A program made the translations under genes and the position numbers. A stretch of DNA of 64,000 bases from Antedon mediterranea (Eukaryota; Animalia; Echinodermata). The DNA lies in the NCBI RefSeq assembly GCF_964355755.1, contig NC_092675.1, positions 429,812 through 493,811 of the forward strand. Direction: 5' to 3'. The notes below the pieces were generated by a model, which made no database searches, was not told where the DNA came from, and saw nothing but the letters and a program-made list of their open reading frames with translations. Of this stretch, positions 24,926 to 38,806 are shown piece after piece; position 1 is the first letter of the stretch, and each line of letters starts with the position of its first letter.

Positions 24926-26690
24926 GGGTGTGTAGAAAGCGACGACCTCGAATTGGACGACCCCAACGACCCGGGCGACCTCGAATTAGACGACCTAGAA
25001 TTGGACGACCCATAACACGAAACCGACGACCCCTATAATAGCCTAGCCTAGCCAGGCCTAAGTATGGTATAACATCCCGAAGCCGAACATAACCAAAGAT
25101 CTTTAAACCATACCTTATATAATACTCGCAAGCAAGCAATTGATTGAAAAAATACAGAAATATCGCCATTTGATACTGAATATGTCGACACGAACAAACG
25201 AACAGATATGGAACGCCAAGAATGCATCATTAAAACTGCATTCGACTCGATTAGCACACGAAATATCATAAACATGGCAAACCAGGCCCCTTTTTCAGCG
25301 GCAGGTAAGGTTTGACCATGGAGGTACTCCATGGTTTGACCAGCTCCATGGTTTGACCATGGAGGTATAAAAATATTTTTATACCTCCATGGTTTGACCG
25401 TATAGGCCTACAATGCATGTGTGAAATGTAAAGCTTTCTTATGGCCCTCCCCATGCAGGATTAGGCCAAGTTGAGCCGCCGACAAGTTGAGGCGCCGCCA
25501 GAAAAACGTTATTTTCTATGAAACGCCAAATGCTTACTTTCGCCGGTGCTCGTTTCTATTTAATAGAAGTTCTATTTATATTAATTATTAGATATAACGA
25601 TGTATATTCCAAAGTTTATATATCACGGTTTTTAGTATATATTATTAAATATTATAATTAAAGAGAAATAATTATGAATATCTGACTTGAAGATTCCAAA
25701 ATATAAGGCCTAAAACATGACCGAAAATGACCGAAAAACATGTTGCCCCCTCAGGCGGCAGTTGAAGTAAAATAATTGCATAAAATCACCGTTTTTTAGT
25801 AAAATGTTTTGTGTATTAACATTGTAAAATTCAATAAAATATGATATTAAAAGATAGTAAATAAAAAATAATAATTATTTAACCTCATTCGAAGAATATC
25901 AATACTCTATTAGTCCTGAGAGACAACGTGATTTTACGTGGTAGGCATACACGCGAGAAAAATATTATGGAGTGCACTGCATTTTTACCTTGAAAGATTA
26001 AAAACAATTAAATTATTAAATATGACTACTTTCCTTTGCTGTTTCAAACCAACAAAATTGTAGTATGTAATTATTATTTATTTTCATGACACAATAAACC
26101 TAAAGACCATGAACTTATGTAGGGCCTACTAGGACACCACTCTATCACTACGCGAAATGTCGTAAAAGACGCACTGGCCGTTTCATAGAAATTACCGGCG
26201 GCTCAACTTGTCGGCGGCCCAACCGGTCATATCCCCCCGTGCACATGTTACGCTGCTTGGTAGGCCTATAGTGTTCGTTATAAGAAGACGAGATGTAATT
26301 ATACGTCCATGGTTTAACCATGTATTGTATAATATTTATTTCTTTTTAATTTATTTTTAATATGTCGAATGCAGTTTTAATGATGCACTTTTGGCGTTCC
26401 ATATCTTTTCGTTTGTTCGTGTCGACACAATCAGTATCAAATGGCGATATTTCTGTATTTTTTCAATCAATTGCTTGCTTGCGAGTATTATATAATAAGG
26501 TATAGTTTAAAGATCTTTGGCTATGTTCGGCTTCGGGATGTTATACCACACTTAGGCCTAGGCTAGGCTAGGCTATAGTATAGGGGTCGTCGGTTTCGTG
26601 TTATGGGTCGTTCAATTCGAGGTCGTTCAATTCGAGGTCGCCCGGGTCGTTGGGGTCGTCCAATTCGAGGTCGTCGCTTTCTACACACCC
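24926..26690. mobile_element. Foldback-type non-autonomous DNA element with ~320-bp TIRs and a nested TIR element (~25456-26238)
   Basis: GGGTGTGTAGAAAGCGACGACCTCGAATT.. at the left and its reverse complement at the right; inner pair GTTGAGCCGCCGACAAGTTGAG / CTCAACTTGTCGGCGGC. No clear TSD. Confidence 0.8.
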
Positions 26691-29600
26691 GTTGTGTGTA
26701 CCGTGTTTTGGTGGTCTGTTAACCTCAGAGATATATACCCTACAGCCGGGTGAATAACTCAATGTAATTTGGTATACAATGATCGCAGTAATCGCCGTGT
26801 CTATAACACAAATAAAAAAACGCCAAATACGCCACATACTTTTTTCGGCCGTCCCGCCGTGTACATACAAGACATTTCATGTTTATTTTATGCCTATAAA
26901 ATAATAAAAGAACACCATGTTTCTCGTTTATTTTTATCGTTTATACTGCATACCATAATATTATACAAAAAACTTTCATGCGCGAGAAAAAAGTTCCCGA
27001 TATTACACTCCACTCAGGGGTGTAAATATACCACGCTAACGCTTGTGCACACACGGACCACCAGGGCGGCGGAAATTAACTGCAATGGAAAATGGTGTAT
27101 TTTGGAGAGTGATGATGTCAGCATTAAAACGAGGAGCGAGCTTGACAACGTGACGCTGGTAGTTTTAGGATAGTCTGGGCTCCAGACGGAGTTTTGTAAA
27201 AATATAAATATTTTTGCACATATGGCGTTTCATACGTGTATTACTTGAGTTTGGATACTCCGTCTGGGGAAACACGCATAAGTCACGTGGTTTGACACCA
27301 AGAATTCTTGGTGCATAAATTATCCAGTTGACTAGTTTCAGCCGCATGCCATTGGCTACTCACTCGTACGTCGTTTTAATATTCATATTTCAGAATTTCA
27401 AAGACTCAACGTCTAAGACGATGCGCATGCGCTATGTTACGTTTAGACAATGTGTACTTGGGGTACATTGATGAAAGTTTCTGAAGGCTAAAAATGATTT
27501 TATATGCCTAGTAGTGTGGTAAACATTTGATGAGATTTTTCCCAAGAACATGAAAACTCGTCATGATATGATAGGCTAGCTTCTCCGCCAAATCAAACAT
27601 TGAATGGATCATTTATTATGCGGAGAAAATTTGATTTAATTCCCACCCAGATCCTGTCCTGTTCTGTGTGGTGGTGTAGCCCTGTTGTGTGCCGGTCGGT
27701 GGTGGTATGTACCTTATTGGCGTTTTATTTGGAAGTACGTACGAGTTGAGTAGCCCTACGAACCCGCCTACGATCGAAGGAGGCCTAGGCCAGAACAATT
27801 AATAAACAAAACAGCTTGGCAACACGATTTTATATTTCAACAGTTGTTCAGTCTCGATCGTACATTCAGCACACTGTACGTACGTACTCGATCTTTTTCA
27901 TTTTGAAACAAAATGATCATTGGTTGATTCGAAATCCATATTTACATACCGCCCGCCCCATATAGCCAAATACGGTATGATAACCTACGTCATTCTTATC
28001 GGATGTTTGCGGTTTGCAAATCGATTTCTATACGTGTTTCACAAGTCTGTATTTCAGACAAAAATCGCGGTCGAAATAAAAACAAATAAATAAAAAAAAG
28101 ACAATAAATACAGACTTGGGGCAAGTCTAGTTTTAGGAGTGCGTGTGTTTTGAAAGTGGGTATTTTCCGAAGATTGTAAATCGTGTTTTCTTTTTAAACT
28201 CTTGAATTCATAATAGTAATTGAACTCTTAGCTCTTTCACTGTGTAGGCCTATTTACACACAACTATTAATGCTAACCCTAGCTCTAGTAGGGCCTAGCT
28301 AGGCCTACTCTTCTTAATTAAAAGATTAATCCACGTCTAGCGACGGTCAATCGCGATTAGGTTGCATCTTTTTTTTTTTTTTTTAGAATTAAGTGGGGGG
28401 TGGCTAGCCACCCTATTCACCCCCCTAGATCCGCCACTGGGTAGAGAGGCTGAAAACTCAGGAGGAATTATTTGAATTCCCCCCTTTTCACCAATACAAA
28501 AGTTGCATGAAATGAACGTAGAGATGCAAAAGTTTGAAAAAAGAAATTAGAATGATAGCATGGAGTGATATTATTGAATGAGAACCGTAAGGTTAGAGTA
28601 TATATATAAACTTTATTTAGACATGAGACTGATGTGCCGTACAACTCGTTCAATCCATATTGATTGTTTTTACACAAGTTCGTGATACTGTATTACAAAA
28701 AAAAAAACAAACAAAACAACAACAAAAATTAACACCATATAAATACGACAGAAACGAAAAAATTGAAATTGAAAAGAAACAAAATTACAGCAGAATCCCC
28801 TTCATCTGACACCTCTATTTAGGGTACACCATACCGGTACTTCCCGTGTAAACGGAAACCCTTATCGAAGTGTATAATTTATGGGGATTCTACTGTAATA
28901 CATAATAAATCTTTTTTATTTCATTTACCTTAAAATAATAGTGATAAAACACACATTTTACATAGTATTTATAGCCATTTTAAAGTTGGATGTACACCAT
29001 CATAGATTACCATACCATTATGTTTTACAATGCATTTTCCAGATACGTTTTAAACAACTTAACTGAATTTGGAAGGGTATCAACATTGAGACTATTCCAT
29101 ATAATTGCTCCACGATAAGACAGACTTCGTTTTTTAAAATCGGTTTTTGGCTTCGGGATGAACAGATGTGTATCACTGTGCCTTAGATTATAATTTATAT
29201 CATTGAATGTAAATACATTATTTAGGTAAGGTGGGGCATTATCTGTCAAAACCTTATATATAACTATACAACATTCATATCTATCTTGATAAGATAAAGG
29301 TGACCAATTAATTTGTCTTAGTGCCTCACTACTATGTGTGTCCCATAGACCACATACGATTCGAGCTGTTCTGTTTTGGATAGTTTGAACTCTTTTCATT
29401 AGAGTTTGACTACTATTTCCTCAAATTATGTTACAATAGCTCAAGTAAGGTATTACAATAGAGTTTGCAATATGTCTTAATATGTTTTGTGGAAAATAAT
29501 AGCTACATCGTCTGAGCATACCCAATCCATTTAGAGCTTTACCTCGAATGTATTCAATCTGATTTTTCCATGATAAATGTTCATCTATTATGATACCGAG

Positions 29601-31025
29601 ATGTTTGCAATATCGAACGCATGGTACAACATCGTTATCTATATTAACTGATCTATTTTTTTCTTTGGTGGTTGCCAATCGGTTTGTCGCTCCGATCAAC
29701 ATGAATTCGGATTTAGAGACATTTAGACTCAATTTATTATTTTTTAGCCAATCGTCGATTTGTATAAGTTCTTCATTTATACTTTGGTATATTTCATTTT
29801 CATTTTTTGAAGAACAATAAATTATAGTGTCGTCAGCATACATACTTATTTTACATTTGTTTGCAACTTTCGATAGGTCATTTATATATAAGAGGAAAGC
29901 AAGTGGGCCCACGATTGACCCCTGAGGCACTCCACATTGGATGTGTGTATAGTCAGACAATGTATTATTTACATTTGTGAATTGCTTTCGCTCAGACAGA
30001 TAGCTCTCGAACCATTTTAAAACATATTTACTTAAACCATAAAGTCTCAATTTGCTTAATAGTATGTTATGGTTTACCGTATCAAAGGCCTTTTTAAAAT
30101 CTAGTAAACAGATTCCGACCAGCTTACCCTCGTCTATTGCACTATACCAGTCTTCCGTCACTTTTGTAAGTGCAGTAGATGTTGAGTATGATGGTCGAAA
30201 ACCTGATTGATTTATACATAACAGATTATTATTATTCAAAAAAGCATAAAGTTGATTAAAAACGACTCGTTCAATTATTTTTGAAAGTATAGGTAGGACA
30301 GAAATGGGACGATAATTATTAGGGTTAGTTTTTTCACCATTCTTAAAAATTGGTGTGACCTTTGCTATTTTCCACGTATTTGGGAAATTTACATGTTGTG
30401 AAGGAGTGATTTATGATTCTTGTAATTGTTGGGGATATAATCGGGGCAGACAGTTTTAGAATGCCCGGTGGTAAGTTATCATTACCAGTGGCTTTGTTTT
30501 TTGAAAGATTACTTAAGTATTTATATACAAATTTACATGTGATGTGTTCGAATTCAAAATTATTTTCGGTGAAAGCATCGATTTCATCATAATTTATATC
30601 ATTTATCGGCTCATGTATTTGTGATACAAGATTTGAACCTATATTTGAGAAAAATGTATTAATTTCATTTGCGACGTCCTTAGCTTTATAGAGGACATCG
30701 CCATTATCATTGCAAAATGTTTGAATAGTTTGAGTTTTCTTTTTTGACGATATAATATATCTTATGGTATCCCATGTTTTTTTTACATCATTTTTATTTT
30801 CTTTTATACTTTCTTGAATAAAATTAGCTTTACTTTTACGTATTAATTTATTGCACATATTTCTATACTTTCTGTACCTTTTCCAGAGTGATTCATTTTT
30901 AGAATGTTTACATTCTCTTTTGAGTTTATCTCTTTCTCTCATATTTTCAATTACATCATCAGAGAGCCAAGAAGCTGTTTTTTTACGTACCCTGTGTTTT
31001 TTCCAAGGAGCATGTTTATCTAAAA

Positions 31026-34000
31026 TAGTACGGGTTATTATGTCTTCCAGCTTGATATTTGTGCCAAAATAGATTTTTTTAGCTAACTTTGTTATTCTTG
31101 AGATGCTGAATCCAAAAAAGTTAGGTGCCAATTTTTTCGACCACTCTTTCGGCCGCCATTTTGTATTTCAAAATGGCCGACGTTCCACACTAAACTTGGT
31201 CATCCATGGCATCATTGGAAAGGGAATGTAATACTGATTATTTTATTCCATTACACCCATATCAATAAACGTATAGTTACATAGTTATAGCGAAATAAAA
31301 CAAATCACGTGACCAATAAAGGTCAAAAGGTCAAATACAATTTCACCAAAATACTGTACTGTTTGGTATCGTTGGATAGATTTTTTAATTCTGAATACAG
31401 TTTTACTAATATCTATTCTATTGTACTTTGTTTATTGTCATAATTTTCCAATTATGTAAATAAATTGTTTTTAAATGTTCCTTGTTGTTTTTTCATGCTA
31501 ATTACTTTCTTATTTAAATACAATCTGTCCTATTGGTATATAAGTACTTTAGGCGTTGTTTTCTGTTCTTCTTCTGATGAGAATAGTTTCTCGAAACATG
31601 CAACTTTTTAAGGCAGTTTGCCTACTCATTAAATCGCTATACTCATTTTAACAATGACAAAAGTAGTCTCCTTCGTATTAAGATAAATACGGTTTTTCTT
31701 ATTGGTTTTACAATTCATTCAAATGTTTGTTTGATTTTCATTCTACTTTGTTATTGTCCATTAATATGTTTTATAGTATATTATATATTATCTAATTAAT
31801 ACTAAATAAGTACCGTACGGTACTGGATTACACTTAACTTCAATGTCAAGTTTCCGAGTTATTTAATTTAAAATCAAAATAACTCTAGTCCGTGAACAAA
31901 GGTGAAATAAACTGTTGTCAAGTCACATCTTTGTTTTGTTTCGTTGGATAGAAATTCTGAATCTATTTTATTTTTAGTAGTTTACATTTCTGTTTTTCGT
32001 AAAAAGAAAAAAATGCTACGGGTCATGGTATCATTTGCGTAGCGTTCAAAATCATTTGTATTTTTGTCAAAGCGGGTACCACACAATATAAAGCCATCTG
32101 TGCACAATGCCAATGTTAATCGGTATGCCTTTCCCTTTGAACCTCAGATGAAGTGCAGCAGCAAACAGAATGTTTTCATTTGATATTATTTTATACAGAG
32201 AAAAAATCTTAAGAATAAAAAAAAAAATTAAGATCAATTAGTTTTCCTCAAATAAAGTTTACACGAAATAAAGAAAAGTCAGTGTCCTACTGCTGCCTTC
32301 ACTACCTTTACAAACTATCGATCGATATTGTAAAGAAACGAATTCAGTGTTTTTAACGTCTAAAGGTTCCCTTTGATTTTTACGTATGGTTTGTGATTAT
32401 CGCAATATAAATCCTAACAATACGTTGTTATTATTAAAAGTCACATCGAATAATTAATCAAACTATACTTGTTTGTGGTAACTATAAGAACTTATCGAAA
32501 ATAAGGGAAACAAAATCCGCTTTCCAGCAATAATATTCAAATTAGTTTGAGAAAAACGAAATCTTTTAACTACAGACACTTTTTAAATATATACCGTATG
32601 TAATGATTTCAGTTATTGAATTCCCTTTTATAAATTTGTATTTTAATTTTGTTACTTTTACTGCATTTCTCAGTTATAGTTATCAAAAATGCAGTGGGTT
32701 TTTTTTAAAGAGTGAAGTGCGACCACACACCGGTAGGAGATGGAATTGGCCTTTCAGTCATCGGTGCGTTTTGAATTATTATTTTATTGTTCTTGCATAA
32801 TATCCTATTATATCCGTTGTTGTTAGTATTTGTATTTGTATTCTTATATGAGTATTAGAATTTGCCACCGATTTAATTTATATTCAATAAAATTATGTTA
32901 TCATCTGAAACGGTGGAAGATTATTCGACTACTTATACACAGTATAGATAAGCTGTTTTCTATCCTGCCTTTATGGTCACACAAATATCCAATATATATA
33001 GTATAAGAATGTGTACATAAATTAATTTAAATAAGCAACAACTTTTTTATCGATTTACCTTATATATATAGGCCTAGGCTTACAACATGCAACCAAGCTA
33101 TTGGCAGAAAACCATGTTTGAAAAAAACAACATAGACGCCATGCTGCACTGGATATAGGCCTAGTTATAAATAAAACTACATTAACTAGCAGAATTAAGA
33201 CAAATCTAAATTACTTTCCAAAGTTACGTTTCTGTTTCTGCTGTAGGCCTAGTAGTTGTATGAACTCGCTCAAATAAAAGGTACTAAAATCAATTACTTT
33301 ACATCATATCATGTTTGCGTCGCAACTAATTTACCTGCAAAGCAATGGTTGTTTGATCTTGTTTTGTACGTGCAATGCAAAAACCGGGCATATCGAGGAT
33401 CTTGATAGTAAAACTTATCTTATACTAAAGTAGTTTCACACACTGAAATTGTTATTATAACCAGATAAATGTTACCAACATTTGAATGAATAAAACAAGA
33501 AATATTTCTTACAAAAAACGCTGCTCGCTTTATTTCAAATGTTTTTGAATGTGTCATTTTATTGTCACATGATAGTTGTTTTACCTGAAAAAATGTAATT
33601 TAAAGCAACAAATACTTAAATTGTCTGTCAGACAATGGTTTTTGGGTTTCTTTTCTTTTCTTATATGTGAATAAATATTATTTTTTTGTTACAGAAGTGA
33701 ATACTCAATTTCTGTCACTTTAGTTAATTTTATTGCTAAGGTCAAATCTGGGGGTCACTTCATCACCCTAGATATTTCAATTGTGAAGTATCCTATTACA
33801 AACACAAACTTTAATGGACTGTTTCGATAATAATTCACTGAATATCTGACAGTGAATATACCAGAAATGCTTAGGGATTTGTAATTTTAGCATGACATGT
33901 CCTAATAGACTCTTTCCCAGACGTTTTTTGGGTCTACTGTAGCAGCTGGAATCAATAAATCATAGTGAAGTTTCCATTTTCACAAAACTGTCTGTCCTTA

Positions 34001-34583
34001 GAACTATAACTGCTGCTTGCTTTAGCTTCTGATTGAGTAGTCCTAATGGGACGTAGCGGGCTAGAGCAGCAGCGTGAAAAAACGTATTTATCTTTAATAC
34101 GGATGAGACCTTTTTTATTGTACATTTAAAAATGTATTTACATAATTGGAAAATTATGACAATAAATAAAGGAAAATCGAATAGATATTAGTAAAACTGT
34201 ATTCAGAATAAAAAAAAGCTATCCTACGATACCAAACAGTAAAGTATTTGAGAAAATTAAAATGTTGACCTTTTGACCTTTTTGGTCACGTGACTTGTTT
34301 TATTGTTAAATAACTATGTAACTATGCATTTTTTGATATGGATGTAATGGGATAAAATGATCAGTATTATATTTCCTTTCCGATGATACCATGGATGACA
34401 AAGTTCAGTGTGGAATGTCGGCCATTTTGAAATACAAAATGGCGGCTGAAGGAGTGGTCGAAAAAAATGGCACCTAACTTTTTTTAATTCAGCAACTCAA
34501 GAATAACAAAGTTAGCCAATAAAATCTATTTTGGCACTAATATCGAGCTGGAGCTAGTTTTCCTTACATATGTGACTGTACTA
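31026..34583. mobile_element. Non-autonomous Academ-like DNA transposon with ~400-bp TIRs inserted in the LINE ORF2
   Basis: TAGTAC..GTACTA termini; AAA 3-bp duplication; long inverted repeats at ~31047-31455 and ~34135-34551. Removing it restores LETTLTNI-LDKHAP. Confidence 0.8.
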
Positions 34584-34934
34584 AAATGTTGGTTAGTGTA
34601 GTTTCGAGAAGTTTGGCACTCTGACTTACGTTGCCACTGGCGGTAATACCATTCCAATTTACCATTAATAAATCGTTTAAAAAACTGTCTTCATTAAATT
34701 TTTTAAAGTTTCGTGTCATTTTATAATTATGATCCTGTTTAATAATTTTATTTGTTTTATTGGAATCTTTATTATTTTTCGCCCCTTTCCCTATTATAGC
34801 GAATGGCATTGAGTGGTCACTTAAGCCGACGTGGATAACTCCAGACTTTAATATTTTAGAAACATTTGAGAAATACATAACATCTATTAATGTAGAGGAA
34901 TGTTTTTCTATACGTGTTGGTTCTTCAATGATCG

Positions 34935-35253
34935 AAGGGCGTGTGGCGCAGTGTGTTGGACGTTCGACTACCGATCGTCAGACCTAGGTTCGAATCCAAC
35001 TCTCGCCGCATTGCTTGTATCCGTAGGCAAGATACTTTACTTACGTTGCCTCTCTCCACCCAGGTGTATAAATGGGTACCCAGTTAGATCTAGACACAAC
35101 TTTGCGCTGGTTACCGGCTGCATTATGGGAGTATGTTTCCATACGTGTTTGATCCCAAAAAAAATACGGGGGTAATAATGCTTGTAAAGCGCCTTTGAGC
35201 ATGATTACTCATGAAAAGGGCGCTATATAAATGTGGTATTATTATTATTATTA
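34935..35253 (+). mobile_element. tRNA-derived CORE-type SINE with L2-like tail
   Basis: TGGCGCAGTG A box, GGTTCGAATCC B box, GGCAAGATACTTTAC..CCACCCAGGTGTATAAATGGGTACC core, AAGCGCC..GGCGCTATATAAAT(ATT)n tail; interrupts the LINE endonuclease. Confidence 0.8.
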
Positions 35254-37771
35254 TTTTAGATTAAAATTTTCACTTAATTCAATTAGTTTCTTTGTGTAGC
35301 AATGTGGATTGTCAGACATAACGTCACAGTTTAAATCTCCCATCATCATAATATCTTTGTGTTCCAGTTCAATCTTTTGAAATATATTTTGTAAATATTC
35401 AAAAAGAACTGCTGTAGTATTTGGAGGTCTATACCACAATAGAACAATTAGATTTTTACATTTATCACGTACTATTTCAATAGATAGGAGTTCGAGTTCA
35501 TTACACATTAGATCATTCCTAATTTTGTGGTTGGTTTTTAGGTTTATATAGAGTGCTACACTTCCACCTTTTTTAGTTTTACGTCTATCTAGTCTGTGTA
35601 ATATATAATTGTCAACATGAAAATCTTCATCAATAAATGTATTATCTAGAAATGTTTCGCTTAAGCCAAAACATTGAAATTGTTGTTATTTAGAATACGT
35701 TGCAATTCATCAAAATGCAAGTCTAGGCTACGTATATTTAAATGTGCAAATATAAAACCCTTTTGATTTAGTTCCTCAAATATATGAGGATTTAGTTCCT
35801 CAAATATATGAGGATCTTTTTTACTATTTGGTTTATATCTGTTATTGTATTATTCCTATTATTTATTACATATGATGGGTTATCATTAATTAATACATCA
35901 TCTATAGCCTGGGAACATACAGTAGTATTGTTAGTCTCTTTTTCGGACTGTGACTTTAATGTACTTCTTAGACTCTTTGGTCAATTATTTCGTTCGTAAT
36001 AATAATGATCATAATTATGTAAATTACCACAATATCTTGCTTTATGACCATTATTGATCACATGATTTACATGTTAACTGTTCTTGATAGTAGCATTCGT
36101 AAGCTTGATGGTTGTTTAGTCAAAATTTCCAGCATGGTTCATACATATAGTTTGACTCTTTGGGGCCATAACTAAAGTGTTGGTAACTGTCATTTCTTGA
36201 TTGTTGATTATAATAACCATGTCTATTTCGTTTCCAGGGGCGTGTATTTTGATTTCTGTTTGTTTGACATTCTTGAGCATGCTGCCTGGATGATGATTTC
36301 TCTGTATATTGAAATTGGAGATCATCAATATTTTCAGAGAATAGTTTAGCTAGTCGTATAGATCCTGTTAGGAATTCATCAACTGAGCCACATTGGTACA
36401 CACATTTTGATGAGATGTTTATGAAGCCAGTATCCAGCCGTGTACTCAGATCGCTAAGTGCTGTATTTACACTTTGAATATCATCCATATGATTTCGGCG
36501 TGGAGGAATTGCTGATATATAAAGCTTCGATGTTGGTGACTTCACCATGACCATCGTGATTATTTTTTCCATTGATTCTTGGATTTCTGTTACCACCTTA
36601 CCATTTGAGACATCATTTGTTCCTACTTGTATAATTATATTTGCATATGAATTTAAGTTTTTGGATTCTTGTAGTTTAGGGTATATATCTTCGGTAACCG
36701 CACCACGTTTCACTATGACATCAGTGTCCTTAAACCATGAGTTATCCATATCTCTGAGCATACTGTCCCCAATTATAAGGGTTTTGTGGATTGGATTCGT
36801 GCTCTCTGGTCTAATAATATTATCTGAGGAGGTGTTTAATCGGCCGTATCGCTCAAGATCACCCTCAAGTTTGCTGACCTTTACGTTTAAGCTTGTCATT
36901 TGTTGCTTTAGTTTTTTGTTTTCATCTTCTAGACTTGCTTGCCGTTTCTTAACATGATCGTTTTCAGTAGAAATTTTGTTTACATTAGCCTGTTAGGACT
37001 CAACTTTTTCTTTCAGTTGTTTTACTATGAAACTTATATCCTTTTTGCAATTTTGACATGCCCATTTTGGATTTGGTCGCCTCTTTAGGTCAACACATGT
37101 CAGGTGATATGAGTTTCTGCAGTTCGAGCATTTTACCAGTGTTCCATTAGTTTTTTTACAGGTTTCCAAGCTACAATTTGTACTAGTAGCACTAGATTGC
37201 TCATCCAGTGTCCCTGTTTGTTGATCATTTAGCTTAGATTTGTCGTTTGTTTCGTCCGGCATATTTAGCAAATAAAATGTAGACCCTTAGTACAGTATGC
37301 CGTCGTCTATTTTTGCTATCGGCCTCAATTGTGTAGGTGAAACTTTCGTCAGAGATCAATCAGAGATCAAATCAAAGATCAAAACGAAGATCAAATCAAA
37401 GATCAAATCAAAGATCAAAAAGATAGGCCCAGGTGTGTGTTTCGTAATCAGCTTGGATACCGGTAGCGTCCTTGGATACGGTTGATAGGTACGCTATCAA
37501 ACGGTAACGTAGCGTTGTGAGGCCTAGTCAGACAAGTTTGTTGAAAAACACACCTTAACTTACGATTTGACTTATTTCAGGTGGTATGTTAGTAGCTTGA
37601 AAGTTCAAATCAAACAATATGCAGGGCTCAGTTTAGCAATAAGAGTCCATACACTGTGCAAGTCCAAGAAGCTATCTTGGCTCCGTGTGTATGTAAGAAG
37701 CTATCTTGGCTTTGTGTGTATGTGAGACGCTTCATACCCATCCGTATTATACGCTTTAAGCGTGGTTCCCA

Positions 37772-38239
37772 CTAGAACGCAACGCAACATAACGCAGCGA
37801 CGTATCGACGCAAAATTCTGTATTGCGTAATCAGCTTTTGGCGACAGAATTCGCGAACGACATTCTCTGTATTCATTTTCATGTTAAAGTGTATGTTCAT
37901 GAGGCACAATCCCGAAAGCCGCTCATAAGACATGTGATTTCGCAAACGGGTTTTCGTTCTCCGTAAAGTCGAAAAACTCCGCTCAGCTTCAGCAGACGTT
38001 ACGGGCAGTACACATGCGATTAGAAGAGGTGCACGCACATTCGGGAGCACTTCATGATCCGCTAATTTTACAATAGCTTCCGTTAATGTAGCAGGAAGCT
38101 CTTGTTTTTGTTTTTTTTTTTAGTTTATGAAATTGCGAATTGACGATTCGTTCTGATGGACGATGAAATGTTTTTTTGTTTTTTTTCTGAAAAAAGGGGG
38201 GGTCAGGACCCCGTGACCCCCCTACTGGCTGCGCCCCTG
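37772..38239 (-). mobile_element. hAT transposase C-terminal dimerization-domain remnant with adjacent TIR-like end
   Basis: LPVTSAEAERSFSTLRRTKTRLRNHMSYERLSGLCLMNIH; GGCTGCGCCCCTG terminus at ~38239. Confidence 0.8.
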
Positions 38240-38806
38240 AATGGCGTAACCTCCAACAGCAACGTAACCACCAACGACATAACCACCAACAATAATGTAC
38301 CCTCCAACAGCAACGTAACCACCAACAATGGCGTAACCTCAAACAGCAAGGTAACCACAAACAATGGCGTAACCTCCAACAGCAACGCACACCAACAATA
38401 GCGTAACCTTCAGCAGCAACGTAACAACCAACAATGGCGTAACCTCCAACAGCAACGCACACCAACAATAGCGTAACCTTCAGCAGCAACGTAACCACCA
38501 ACAATGGCGTAACCTCCAACCAGCAACGTAACCACCAACAATGGCGTAACCTCCAACAGCAACGTAACCACCAACAATGGCGTAACCTCCAACAGCAACG
38601 TACACCACCAACAATGGCGTAATCTCCAACAGCAACGTAACCACCAACAATGGCGTAACCTTCAGCAGCAACGTAACCACCAACAATGGCGTAACCTCCA
38701 ATAGCAACGTAACCGCCAACAATGGCGTAACCTCAAACAGCAAGATAACCACCAACAATGGCGTAACCTCCAACAGCAGCGTAACCACTAACAATGGCGT
38801 AACCTC
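38240..38806. repeat. 36-bp minisatellite (AACAATGGCGTAACCTCCAACAGCAACGTAACCACC)n
   Basis: About 15 tandem copies, each built from two related 18-mers. Confidence 0.95.

Larger units (their letters stand above)
28598..37700 (-). mobile_element. Nearly full-length CR1/L2-group LINE: ORF1 (PHD, coiled coil, SGNH esterase, Zn knuckle) and ORF2 (APE endonuclease + RT)
   Basis: PHD 36993-37271; GDSM..VGTND esterase 36120-36899; EN motifs YRPP, GDLN, SDH at 34584-35760; RT DFKKAFDTV, GVPQGS, YADD at 29421-30239; AATAAA tail near 28610. Several disabling lesions; 5' boundary approximate. Confidence 0.9.

Noticed and set aside
26700-28440. Short ORFs in a CpG-richer segment of the large intron
   Set aside because: No recognisable domain or exon chain; it ends in a GATCCGCCACTG transposon terminus, so it is probably TE interior.
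31572-31600. Hammerhead ribozyme core CTGATGAG..CGAAAC
   Set aside because: Stem II does not pair in register, and there is no NUH site or stem I; at most a decayed remnant.
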